Below, one piece after another: positions 1 through 7,372 of a stretch of DNA of 11,556 nt. The DNA lies in the IMG/VR virus record IMGVR_UViG_648276659_000002, positions 1-11,556 of that record. The stretch is one strand, 5' to 3'. Origin of the DNA: a virus (taxonomy: Duplodnaviria > Heunggongvirae > Uroviricota > Caudoviricetes). Position 1 is the first letter of the stretch. Each line of letters starts with the position of its first letter. The notes under the pieces are model-generated. The model did no database searches. It was not told the origin of the DNA and saw only the letters and a list, made by a program, of their open reading frames with translations. Made by a program: the position numbers and the translations under genes.

Positions 1-28
1 AAAAAAACCCCCGGGCGGGGGGGCGGGG
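1..28 (-). terminator. Rho-independent terminator downstream of the 332-aa ORF
   Basis: Read on the minus strand: a 5-bp C/G stem (plus 8-12 pairing with 17-21) around a 4-nt loop, followed by T7 (complement of A1-7). It lies directly after the stop codon at 36-38. Confidence 0.6.
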
Positions 29-35
29 ATGAGGA

Positions 36-1034
36 TTATGTTATCTCTTTGACATAAAGTATTATCGCGGACTTTATTTCACCATCTAGTTCTTTTGCGT
101 TGATTGACAAATGAACTGGTTTTCTATCCCACTCAGCTTGCTGAAGAGCTTTTTTATGCTCGGATGCGTCGAGAAAAACATCTTGTACTATGCACGATAT
201 TCTTAGATCGGAGTCAACATTTCTCACTTGCACTTTGAAGCTCTCTGGATCAGTGGAGTCAACCTTTTCAATGCGATAATTTCCATCAAGGCGGATCTCC
301 ATTGATTTCCGCCTTGCATTTGTAGTGAGGGTTTTGGATAGATCTGCATCCAATACAACGCCATCAATCTGAGCTGTATCAGCCTTGACAAATGATTTAA
401 CTATGTCGGTTTTTGCGTCATGAGCAAGTCTTTCCATGTTGTCTAGCTTGGGTTTTTCGCTAATAATCTGAGTCAATAATTCACTTCGTTTTGTTTCCTG
501 CTCAGACATGAAGCGCATGGTCGCAAGGTGTTCACGCTCAGACTCGCTTTTTACTTCTGCCATGCGAATCTCTTTGCGGTCTTCTAGATATTTTTTGAAT
601 AGGACGACGCCGCCCCATATAAGAGCGACCCCTAAAACTGTAATAACGATCTCTTGAGGGCCCACTTTACTCACCGCAGTTTGTATAACCTCACCCATGA
701 ACCCATCCATATTAACTTCTATCAAGGACGAGCCATTCTCAACATTCACCTGAATTTCGATAGCTTCCTTCTCTTCTTTTGAAAGCTTTCTTGGGTCAGG
801 AACTCCGTACTTTAACAATGCATAAGCTCGGTTTATTTGGGCCTGCATTTCAACAAAACCCTTCATGACAGAAGGAGTCAAACTGCCATGAAATTTGTCA
901 CCAGTAAGACGGAAGGTTAAGTTAGGCCACCCTTCAAATGATATTCCATCAGGAAGATCTTGCCCAGCGATGTACATCTCAACAAAACGCAAAGCATCTT
1001 CTTCGGAATGAATAACCGCCGTGCTGATTTCCAA
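36..1034 (-). CDS. Hypothetical membrane-spanning protein in the rexAB-equivalent position (candidate superinfection-exclusion / abortive-infection factor)
   Basis: 332-codon ORF co-oriented with and 121 bp downstream of cI. The listed start is TTG at 1032-1034, preceded by AGAGG 7 nt upstream; an alternative ATG is at 975-977. One central hydrophobic helix (IVITVLGVALIWGGVVLF) is flanked by charged, coiled-coil-like stretches. GC is visibly lower than in neighbouring genes. No family recognised. Confidence 0.7.
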   Translation of the reverse strand: MEISTAVIHSEEDALRFVEMYIAGQDLPDGISFEGWPNLTFRLTGDKFHGSLTPSVMKGFVEMQAQINRAYALLKYGVPDPRKLSKEEKEAIEIQVNVENGSSLIEVNMDGFMGEVIQTAVSKVGPQEIVITVLGVALIWGGVVLFKKYLEDRKEIRMAEVKSESEREHLATMRFMSEQETKRSELLTQIISEKPKLDNMERLAHDAKTDIVKSFVKADTAQIDGVVLDADLSKTLTTNARRKSMEIRLDGNYRIEKVDSTDPESFKVQVRNVDSDLRISCIVQDVFLDASEHKKALQQAEWDRKPVHLSINAKELDGEIKSAIILYVKEIT

Positions 1035-1155
1035 GACTAAGCCTCTATAATTATTAATAATTTCAAATGATTGCTGTTTTTATTAGGAGACATTTAGCCA
1101 TTCATCACCCAAACGTCTCTTCAGGCCACTGGTTACCAGCTATGTGACGATGAAG

Positions 1156-1863
1156 TCACGAACTTTTCAGCCATTCCCTTGCCTCGATGTCATCCAGATG
1201 GCGAGACTGCTTCAGAATACCAGCAACATACTCCACCTTTGCTACTTGATGATAAGGCAACGTTATTGGCCTGTGGTCCTGGTTGATGCTTGTAAATTGG
1301 TATTCTCCATCTCTGTCATAGCCAAGAACCTTAATCATGTTGTGTCCTTCAACGGTTCTGACAAACACCTCATCACCCGGGAATACTTTGGTGTTAGGCT
1401 CAATGAGTACATATTCTCCTGATTTTATTCTGGGCCACATGCTGTCTCCTTTCACACGAAGACCAAAGGCATCTGGATCATCGCTATAAATCTTGAGCCA
1501 CCCATCGCGCTCTTCGGTCATCTCGATGGCACCATCAACACCAAGAATTGCCTCACCAACCACGCGCACTAACCCTTTTTTTAATTTGCCAACAAATGAA
1601 AGAGTATCTTCATCATTCGCTCCATTTAACGAAGTGCCGTGCTGAAGCCACACAACATCAACGTTTAGAAATTTCGCAAGCGCATTCATTTTTTCCTGAC
1701 GTGGTAAAGACTCAGCATTAAACCATTTGCTAACGCCTTTGGACGAAAGAGAAAGGGCGCGGGCTATGGCCATTCCCCTACCATGTTCATCAAGACCAGC
1801 TTCTTTACAGGCTTGCGCTAGCCGCTGGGCGAATTCTTTGCGCACTTTTTCATTCTGAACCAT
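1156..1863 (-). CDS. cI: CI-type prophage repressor (N-terminal HTH, C-terminal S24 LexA-like autopeptidase domain)
   Basis: 235 aa. HTH-like segment (GMAIARALSLSSKGVSKW) and C-terminal GDSMWP...K motif typical of the S24 Ser-Lys dyad. Divergent from cro across an operator region. ATG at 1861-1863. Confidence 0.9.
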   Translation of the reverse strand: MVQNEKVRKEFAQRLAQACKEAGLDEHGRGMAIARALSLSSKGVSKWFNAESLPRQEKMNALAKFLNVDVVWLQHGTSLNGANDEDTLSFVGKLKKGLVRVVGEAILGVDGAIEMTEERDGWLKIYSDDPDAFGLRVKGDSMWPRIKSGEYVLIEPNTKVFPGDEVFVRTVEGHNMIKVLGYDRDGEYQFTSINQDHRPITLPYHQVAKVEYVAGILKQSRHLDDIEAREWLKSS

Positions 1864-1941
1864 GAGTACGATACTAAAGCACTTGCAAAAACTTTCAGTT
1901 CAATCATAATGCGTACTGAAAGTACGAAAAAGGATATCCAC
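1864..1941. promoter_or_regulatory. OR-like tripartite operator with divergent pRM and pR
   Basis: Three dyad-symmetric sites about 24 bp apart: AGTACGATACT (1865-1875), ACTTTCAGT core (1891-1899) and CGTACTGAAAGTACG (1912-1926). Rightward pR: -35 TTGCAA 1883-1888, -10 CATAAT 1905-1910. Leftward pRM: -10 TAGTAT (complement of 1871-1876) about 7 nt from the cI ATG, implying a leaderless cI mRNA as in lambda. Confidence 0.65.
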
Positions 1942-2169
1942 ATGCAAAATCTTGATGAGCCGATTAAAGGTGTCGGCATCCCTGAAGTTGCGAAGGCTTG
2001 TGGAGTTAGCGAAAGGGCTGTCTATAAGTGGCTCAAAAACGGCTTCCTCCCTAAGACTGAGTTTTTTGGGAAAACGAAATATGCATCAAAAATCGAAGAG
2101 ATTTCTGGTGGCAAATATCAAGCAAGCGAAATGCTTGAAATAAGCAAAAAGAACCTTTTGGCAGCATAA
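1942..2169 (+). CDS. cro: Cro-like HTH regulator
   Basis: 75 aa, divergent from cI, with HTH segment IPEVAKACGVSERAVYKW. ATG at 1942 is preceded by AAAAAGGA. The upstream ATG at 1909 would lie at or before the predicted pR transcription start. Confidence 0.8.
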   Translation: MQNLDEPIKGVGIPEVAKACGVSERAVYKWLKNGFLPKTEFFGKTKYASKIEEISGGKYQASEMLEISKKNLLAA

Positions 2170-2176
2170 GTAACCC

Positions 2177-2222
2177 CGCTCTTTGTAACAACGGACATTC
2201 GTCCTACGTCGCTGAAAAGCGA
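2177..2222 (+). promoter_or_regulatory. nutR-like site (boxA plus boxB hairpin)
   Basis: CGCTCTTT (2177-2184) matches the boxA consensus. TCGCTGAAAAGCGA (2209-2222) forms a short stem with a purine-rich loop, resembling lambda/P22 boxB. A second small hairpin GGACATTCGTCC lies at 2192-2203. Located between cro and cII as in lambda. Confidence 0.45.
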
Positions 2223-2289
2223 ATCCCAGAATATCTGACCAACCAAGGCCATATGCGTTTCCACGCATACCTTTCAACTAACTATTCAC

Positions 2290-2330
2290 TATTGGAAAAT
2301 TAACAAATGACACAAGCAAGTTACAGCAAG
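2290..2330 (-). promoter_or_regulatory. pRE-like CII-activated promoter
   Basis: Minus strand reads TTGC-tgtaac-TTGC (plus 2316-2329), the TTGC-N6-TTGC CII recognition repeat, lying inside cII codons 4-8 as in lambda. Candidate -10 TAATTT is the complement of 2297-2302. Confidence 0.5.
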
Positions 2331-2603
2331 CCAACACAGCGTGACGTTGATCGCGCAGAAACAGATTTACTCATCAACCTGTCAACGCTTACCCAGCGCG
2401 GTCTGGCAAAGATGATTGGCTGTCATGAATCGAAGATAAGCAGAACGGACTGGAGATTTATTGCTTCGGTCTTGTGTGCTTTCGGAATGGCATCAGACAT
2501 CAGTCCGATTAGCAGGGCTTTTAAGTATGCGCTTGATGAAATCACAAAGAAAAAATCCCCGGCTGCCACCGAGGATTTTAAGCAAATTGATATGCAATTC
2601 TGA
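2307..2603 (+). CDS. cII: CII transcriptional activator
   Basis: 98 aa, collinear with lambda CII as recalled, including the C-terminal KKxPAATE...Q..M.F pattern. Position after cro/nutR. Confidence 0.85.
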   Translation: MTQASYSKPTQRDVDRAETDLLINLSTLTQRGLAKMIGCHESKISRTDWRFIASVLCAFGMASDISPISRAFKYALDEITKKKSPAATEDFKQIDMQF

Positions 2604-2626
2604 GGGAATTACTGGATCAATCCACA
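2550..2626 (-). ncRNA. oop-like antisense RNA with its intrinsic terminator inside the cII 3' end
   Basis: Minus strand: stem TCCTCGG / CCGGGGA (one G-U pair) around loop TGGCAG, then T6 (plus 2550-2575). Candidate leftward -10 CATAAT is the complement of 2633-2638, giving a transcript of about 76 nt antisense to the cII 3' end. The -35 is weak. Confidence 0.4.
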
Positions 2627-2635
2627 GGAGTAATT

Positions 2636-2782
2636 ATGACAAAACAACTCAGTCCTTACCAGGACAAAATTCACAAACACATACTACGTGATCGCTTCCT
2701 GTCCAGCTTCAAGCAGCCTGGTCGATTCCGGGCTGAGTTGGAAAAAGTGAAGCTGATGCAGAAGGAGAAAGGTCATGAGTAA
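2636..2782 (+). CDS. Small hypothetical protein (48 aa) between cII and O
   Basis: ATG 2636 preceded by AGGAG with a 5-nt spacer. Its last codons overlap the start of O by 8 nt. Below the size cut-off of the supplied ORF track. Confidence 0.35.
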   Translation: MTKQLSPYQDKIHKHILRDRFLSSFKQPGRFRAELEKVKLMQKEKGHE

Positions 2783-3635
2783 TCTTGCAACCGTAACACA
2801 TTTAAGGCCTTCACAACGGCCTGTGGAGCGTCGTGTGGCAGAAGTTGAAGATGGTTATACCCGTCTTGCAAATGCCCTGTATGAAGAGCTTATCGGCGCA
2901 GATTTAACAAAAAATCAGAGTAAGGTTGCCCACGCCATATGCCGTAAAACATACGGATACGGTAAAAAGATGGATCGCATCTCTGATAGTCAGTTAGCTC
3001 AAATTACCAGGCTGCCAAGACAGAAGGTAAACAAGGCCAAGAATGAGCTTATCGCGATGAAGGTAATCCTTCGCGAAGGCCAGCAAATCGGGCCTAACAA
3101 GAACATCGAGGAATGGCAAATCGAAGGGTGTCACTACTCTGGTGATAATGTCACTGCATTGGTGACAAAAAGTGTCACCAAAACGGTGACAGCGCTGTCA
3201 CCAAAACAGGGACACACAAAAGAAACTATTACAAAAGAAAAAAGAAATAATAAAAACACTATGTCCGAAAGTGTTCGGACGGAGTGTGAAAAAACTCCTG
3301 ACCGTCACGAAGAAACCGACAAGGCATTCGAGGAAATATTCTGGTGTGCAGGCATGCGGAAAGCCGGGAAGAAAAACGCAGCTTCAGCATTCAGAACACA
3401 GTTCAGGGAATGGCGTAAAACTACCAGGGGGACGGCAAGCGAGTTTGCCACGATGCTGGCAGAAGACATCGCATGCAGGAATGGTAAGCAGTTCGGATTC
3501 GACAGGTTGTTACCATCGAGCTACTTGAACGGTCAGCGCTGGAACGACGAAAAGCCAGAAACCATTCAACCACAATCCAAACCATCATCCGCAATCACCG
3601 TATCGAAAACTGGCTACGTGTTTTTCGACAGGTGA
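2775..3635 (+). CDS. O: Replication initiator protein O (iteron-binding)
   Basis: 286 aa. N-terminal domain matches lambda O as recalled (DDGY.RL...GADLTK.Q.KV...RKTYG..K.MDRI.DSQL..IT.LP). Strong RBS AAGGAGAAAGG. Origin iterons lie inside the gene. Confidence 0.9.
   Translation: MSNLATVTHLRPSQRPVERRVAEVEDGYTRLANALYEELIGADLTKNQSKVAHAICRKTYGYGKKMDRISDSQLAQITRLPRQKVNKAKNELIAMKVILREGQQIGPNKNIEEWQIEGCHYSGDNVTALVTKSVTKTVTALSPKQGHTKETITKEKRNNKNTMSESVRTECEKTPDRHEETDKAFEEIFWCAGMRKAGKKNAASAFRTQFREWRKTTRGTASEFATMLAEDIACRNGKQFGFDRLLPSSYLNGQRWNDEKPETIQPQSKPSSAITVSKTGYVFFDR
3128..3262. repeat. Replication origin: four about 20-bp iterons plus an AT-rich tract inside the O gene
   Basis: Iterons begin near 3128, 3149, 3172 and 3195, each TGTCAC(C)-N5/6-GGTGA(C/T)A, with the fourth arm degenerate. 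They are followed by an A-rich tract at 3219-3262, the lambda ori arrangement. Confidence 0.7.
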
Positions 3636-3638
3636 ACC

Positions 3639-3746
3639 ATGAAATCAAAAATCAAATCGCTACTGGTCGCTGGTTATAACCACGGCTGGTTAAGTATTTC
3701 GTTTGTCGATTTCTGGTTTAAAAATCTCAATCTGAGGGAATCATGA
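3639..3746 (+). CDS. Small hypothetical ORF (35 aa) coupled to the primase-helicase gene
   Basis: ATG 3639 preceded by AGGTG. Its stop overlaps the downstream start as ATGA at 3743-3746. Not in the ORF track because of size. Confidence 0.25.
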   Translation: MKSKIKSLLVAGYNHGWLSISFVDFWFKNLNLRES

Positions 3747-5623
3747 GGCCAAGTGAACTTAGCGACCTGCTTTGGGCGCAGGTTGACAGGGTGGCTCCGC
3801 ACCTGTTGCCAAATGGCAAGAAAGAGGGGCATGAGTGGGTTGCCGGTAACGTCAACGGTGACAAGGGAAACAGCCTTAAGGTCAACCTTAGCGGCAAGAA
3901 AAAATGGGCTGATTTCGCTGAGGGAGACGGCGGTGACATGCTTGATTTGTGGATGGCATGTCGTGGAATTAACCTGCATCAGGCTATGCAGGAAGCGAAA
4001 GCATTTCTCGGTATCAAGGATGACGATCACCATTTCGATGCCAGACGTGAGAAGAAATTCTCCAGACCTGATCGCAAGAAAATCGCCCGCTACGTTACCA
4101 GAACAGAATCCCATCTTGAGTACCTGCAATCGCGTGGCATATCGCCAGAAATCGTAAAGCGCTACGAGGTTGTCAGCGGCAAGGTGTGGAATGGAGAGCG
4201 GGAACTAGATGCTCTGGTGATTCCGTACAAACGCGATGGTGAGTTGTTGCAGGTCAAGCGAATCAGCACTGAGCGCCCGGACGGGAAGAAAGTCATTATG
4301 GCAGAAGGTGATTGCGAACCTTGCCTGTTCGGATGGCAGGCTCTGGACGCTGGCGTGAGGGCGGTTGTGCTTTGCGAAGGCGAAATTGATTGTATGAGCT
4401 ATGCGCAATACGGCATCTCGGCGTTATCCGTGCCGTTTGGTGGCGGGAAAGGCGCTAAGCAACAGTGGATTGAGTTTGAGTATCACAACCTCGACAGGTT
4501 TGAGGAAATATTCATCTCGATGGACGTTGATGATGTTGGTCGTGAAGCCGCAAGGGAAATCGCAAGCCGACTCGGTGAACATCGTTGCCGTCTTGTTACT
4601 CTGCCGTACAAAGACATCAACGAATGCCTGATGAACGGTGTTACCGAGGATGAAATCTGGCAGTACATCGGCACGGCATCCTACTTCGATCCTGAAGAAC
4701 TCTACAGCGCGCGAGAGTTTTACCAGGACACTATCAACGCTTTCTACGGCAAGCAGCAATATCTGTTTAATCCACCGTGGGAATCTCTGGCAGATAAATT
4801 CCAGTTCCGTGAGGCAGAGTTGACGCTGGTCAATGGTGTGAACGGTCACGGAAAAACGGAGGTTGTCGGGCATATGGCACTTGAGGCAATGCGTCAGGGT
4901 GTGAAGACGTGCATCGCGTCACTTGAGCTGAAGCCTGGTATTCTCCTTAAGCGCCTTACCCGTCAGGCGACGTGCTGCAAGATGCCGCCAGTGCTGGAAA
5001 TTGACTCTGCATTTAAATTTTATGACGAAAGACTTTGGGTGTTTGGCCTGACCGGAACGGCGAAAGCCGACAGGCTGATCGAAATATTCGACTACGCTCG
5101 CCGCCGATACGGGATCCAGTTATTCATCATCGACAGCCTGATGAAATGTGGCATAGGCGACGATGACTATAACGGGCAGAAGGCGTTTGTTGACTCGATT
5201 TGCGACTTCAAAAACAAAACAAACTCCCACGTCATTCTCGTTACTCACTCGCGAAAAGGAGACAGCGAAGAAAAACCAACCGGGAAAATGGACGTAAAAG
5301 GCTCTGGAGCGATAACAGACCTGACAGACAACCTTTTCATCATCTGGCGTAACAAGGCTCGCGAGAGAGCGTTACAGAGAGTTCAGAGTGGTGAAAAGAT
5401 GTCAGAGAAGGACGAACAGCTACTGGCGTCTCCTGCATCTGTTTTGATGCTTGAAAAACAACGTAACGGCGAAGGTTGGGAAGGTGGTGTCCCGTTGTTC
5501 CTTGACGAGCAATCGCACCAGTTCCTGCAACTTGAATCAGGATCGCCATATAGCTACATCGCCAATATGCCGAAATCGGAATATGACGAGGCGTGGCGAC
5601 AGGAAAACGTGACGGAGTATTAA
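3743..5623 (+). CDS. Bifunctional DNA primase / replicative helicase (zinc-binding N-terminus, TOPRIM, SF4 DnaB-like ATPase)
   Basis: 626 aa. N-terminal W.DFA.G.GGD..DL motif, TOPRIM-like acidic motifs (LCEGEIDC, SMDVDDVG), then Walker A GVNGHGKTE and Walker B-like FIIDSLM. RBS GAGGG. Confidence 0.88.
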   Translation: MRPSELSDLLWAQVDRVAPHLLPNGKKEGHEWVAGNVNGDKGNSLKVNLSGKKKWADFAEGDGGDMLDLWMACRGINLHQAMQEAKAFLGIKDDDHHFDARREKKFSRPDRKKIARYVTRTESHLEYLQSRGISPEIVKRYEVVSGKVWNGERELDALVIPYKRDGELLQVKRISTERPDGKKVIMAEGDCEPCLFGWQALDAGVRAVVLCEGEIDCMSYAQYGISALSVPFGGGKGAKQQWIEFEYHNLDRFEEIFISMDVDDVGREAAREIASRLGEHRCRLVTLPYKDINECLMNGVTEDEIWQYIGTASYFDPEELYSAREFYQDTINAFYGKQQYLFNPPWESLADKFQFREAELTLVNGVNGHGKTEVVGHMALEAMRQGVKTCIASLELKPGILLKRLTRQATCCKMPPVLEIDSAFKFYDERLWVFGLTGTAKADRLIEIFDYARRRYGIQLFIIDSLMKCGIGDDDYNGQKAFVDSICDFKNKTNSHVILVTHSRKGDSEEKPTGKMDVKGSGAITDLTDNLFIIWRNKARERALQRVQSGEKMSEKDEQLLASPASVLMLEKQRNGEGWEGGVPLFLDEQSHQFLQLESGSPYSYIANMPKSEYDEAWRQENVTEY

Positions 5624-5791
5624 ATGACCATCTACATCACTGAGCTAATAGCAGGGTTATCGTTACTAATGGTTCTTACTGTATATATTATTAAGTATAT
5701 TCTTTATGCGAATAAAAAAAACCAATTGATCACGATGAGCTTCTGTCAACATTATCATATGACTCAGAAACAGGAATATTTAAATGGCTAA
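5624..5791 (+). CDS. Possible small membrane peptide (55 aa); competes with the HNH N-terminal region
   Basis: ATG 5624 immediately after the helicase stop, with GGAG 6 nt upstream. Encodes one hydrophobic helix (IYITELIAGLSLLMVLTVYIIKYILY). Overlaps the frameshifted HNH reading frame in AT-rich DNA, so it may be spurious. Confidence 0.25.
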   Translation: MTIYITELIAGLSLLMVLTVYIIKYILYANKKNQLITMSFCQHYHMTQKQEYLNG

Positions 5792-6318
5792 AAACAAATT
5801 CAGTAGTAAGAGTAAAAGGTAGTATTGCTGGAGGTGTTAGTGGTGGTTATATATGCATTAGCATAAATAATGTTTTGTATTATGCGCATAGGCTTGCTTG
5901 GTTCTATGTATACAAAAAATGGCCTCCTAAGTTTATTGATCATGTAAATGGGAACAGACTTGACAATAGGATTTCAAATCTAAGACTGGCAACAGAGGAG
6001 CAGAATGCAAGAAACATTGTAGGTAATAGGTTAAACACATCCGGTGCGATTGGAGTGTCTTGGGATAAGACAACTGGCAGGTGGAAGTCTTATGTTGGTT
6101 ATAAAAATAAGACAATATCGTTAGGGTATTTCGATAGCAAAGAAGATGCAGCATTCATAGCAGCACTAGCAAGAAAGAAACTATATGGAACTTATGCGAG
6201 TAAAGCACTTAATTGCGAGCATGAGCTTTTATCTCAATTTAATAATGATGAGGATAAACTTGCGGAATATCTTAAGGAAAAATCTAAAAGGACTCGAAAG
6301 CGTGTTAAAAAAAGATAA
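5706..6318 (+). pseudogene. HNH-AP2 endonuclease, copy 1, disrupted by a frameshift in an A8 homopolymer
   Basis: The track ORF (5875-6318) starts at TTG and lacks the N-terminal region. The same frame is open back to 5716 and encodes the conserved N-terminal part (YDSETGIFKW...GGYICI). ATG 5706 is one base out of frame across the A8 run at 5714-5721; A7 would restore a full-length protein of about 200 aa. Motifs HRLAW...DH.NG...N...NLR are followed by an AP2-like segment. Confidence 0.55.
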
Positions 6319-6350
6319 AGGCCTGCTGGTAATCGCAGGCCTTTTTATTT
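6319..6350 (+). terminator. Rho-independent terminator after HNH copy 1
   Basis: AGGCCTGC (6319-6326) pairs with GCAGGCCT (6335-6342) around an 8-nt loop, followed by TTTTTATTT. Confidence 0.7.
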
Positions 6351-6365
6351 GGGGGAGAGTAAATC

Positions 6366-6572
6366 GTGGCTGAGTTTATGCTCGTCGCACTCAAATGCGT
6401 TGGCGTTGGATGGATTCTTCTGACGTTTTTTATTGTTCTGCATAGCTACATTCGTCTTGTGAATGACGGTAAAGACCCATGGTATACGTTGTTTGGCGCT
6501 GCATTTGTCTGGGTGATTATCGGTGTTATGCCTGTCGCTGTAGCAAAAATGGCGTGGCGTTTTGTTAGTTGA
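6366..6572 (+). CDS. Small hypothetical membrane protein (two predicted TM helices)
   Basis: 68 aa, GTG start preceded by GGGGGAGAG. Two hydrophobic stretches. Sits just upstream of ninB. Confidence 0.45.
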   Translation: MAEFMLVALKCVGVGWILLTFFIVLHSYIRLVNDGKDPWYTLFGAAFVWVIIGVMPVAVAKMAWRFVS

Positions 6573-6579
6573 GGTAACG

Positions 6580-7026
6580 ATGAAGCCAATATACATGCTT
6601 CGCAACGAAGCAATCAGAAACAACGCCATAGACGCAATACTCTCACTTCCGATCGACGACAAGTCACCTCACGAAGTCCACATTAAAGAACCAAAGCGGA
6701 GCAATCCTCAAAACCGCCTTATGTGGGCGTTATTGCAGGACGTATCGCGTCAGGTGCTCTGGCATGGAGAGAGACTTGCGCCGGAGGACTGGAAAGATCT
6801 GTTCACTGCCCTGTGGCTTAAGACCAAAAAACTGGAGCAACGAAGTGCGCCTGGTATCGACGGTGGCGTTGTTATGCTTGGCGTGCGTACCAGCAAAATG
6901 CGAAAGGCCAGCATGACTGAGCTTATCGAAATCATGTTCTGGTTCGGCTCAGAGCGCAACGTGCGGTGGAGTGATGACTCCCGGCGAGAGTATGAATGGT
7001 CACAACGAACAGGGAGGGCGGCATGA
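6580..7026 (+). CDS. ninB: NinB (Orf) recombination protein
   Basis: Collinear with lambda NinB as recalled (...QN..W..L.DVSRQV.WHG..L....WK..FTA...SD..R...EW..R.G.RAA). ATG 6580 with GAGG upstream; the track start at 6562 is TTG. Confidence 0.88.
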   Translation: MKPIYMLRNEAIRNNAIDAILSLPIDDKSPHEVHIKEPKRSNPQNRLMWALLQDVSRQVLWHGERLAPEDWKDLFTALWLKTKKLEQRSAPGIDGGVVMLGVRTSKMRKASMTELIEIMFWFGSERNVRWSDDSRREYEWSQRTGRAA

Positions 7027-7205
7027 GGCGACAGCGACGAAGTTTCACCGACATAATCTGTGAAAACTGCAATTACCTTCCAACGAAACGTTCCAGAAAT
7101 AAACCCAGGCCAATCCCAAAAGAATCTGACGTTAAAACCTTCAATTACACGGCTCACCTGTGGGATATCCGGTGGCTAAGACATCGTGCGAGGAAAACAA
7201 GGTGA
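7023..7205 (+). CDS. ninE: NinE
   Basis: 60 aa starting MRRQRRS, matching the lambda NinE pattern as recalled. ATG overlaps the ninB stop (ATGA); RBS AGGGAGGG. Confidence 0.78.
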   Translation: MRRQRRSFTDIICENCNYLPTKRSRNKPRPIPKESDVKTFNYTAHLWDIRWLRHRARKTR

Positions 7206-7372
7206 TTGACCAAAATCGAAGTTACGAACAAGAAAGCGTCGAGCGAGCTTTAACGTGCGCTAACTGCGGTCAGAAGCTGCATGTGCTGGAAGTTCACGTG
7301 TGTGAGCTCTGCTGTGCAGAACTGATGAGCGATCCGAATAGCTCAATGTACGAGGAAGAAGACGATGGCTAA
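7202..7372 (+). CDS. ninF: NinF (CxxC zinc-ribbon-like)
   Basis: GTG 7202 overlaps the ninE stop (GTGA) with AGGAAA upstream. Product [27 protein letters not shown]... matches lambda NinF as recalled. Confidence 0.78.
   Translation: MIDQNRSYEQESVERALTCANCGQKLHVLEVHVCELCCAELMSDPNSSMYEEEDDG

Noticed and set aside
8-28. G-run cluster (GGG C GGGGGGG C GGGG) as a plus-strand G-quadruplex
   Set aside because: The same bases form the C/G stem of a canonical minus-strand terminator directly after a stop codon, which explains them adequately.
1144-1422. 92-aa plus-strand ORF antisense to the 3' end of cI
   Set aside because: It lies entirely within the well-supported cI coding region on the opposite strand, with no RBS and no recognisable features.
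1909-1941. Upstream ATG (1909) as the cro start
   Set aside because: It sits at or before the predicted pR transcription start and adds an 11-aa extension; ATG 1942 has the SD.
2461-2691. 76-aa ORF overlapping the cII 3' end in another frame
   Set aside because: It overlaps the conserved cII frame and the oop-like terminator; low-complexity product, no RBS.
3128-3214. Possible CRISPR-like array from the periodic repeats
   Set aside because: The repeats are about 20 bp, carry internal dyad symmetry, have no unique spacers and lie inside the O gene next to an AT-rich tract, which identifies them as origin iterons.
3674-4873. Several minus-strand and alternate-frame ORFs (60-150 aa) inside the primase-helicase gene
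   Set aside because: All are embedded in a 626-aa ORF with clear primase and helicase motifs, so they are shadow ORFs.
6562-6579. TTG start at 6562 for ninB
   Set aside because: It overlaps the upstream small ORF; ATG 6580 has a GAGG SD and gives a lambda-length NinB.
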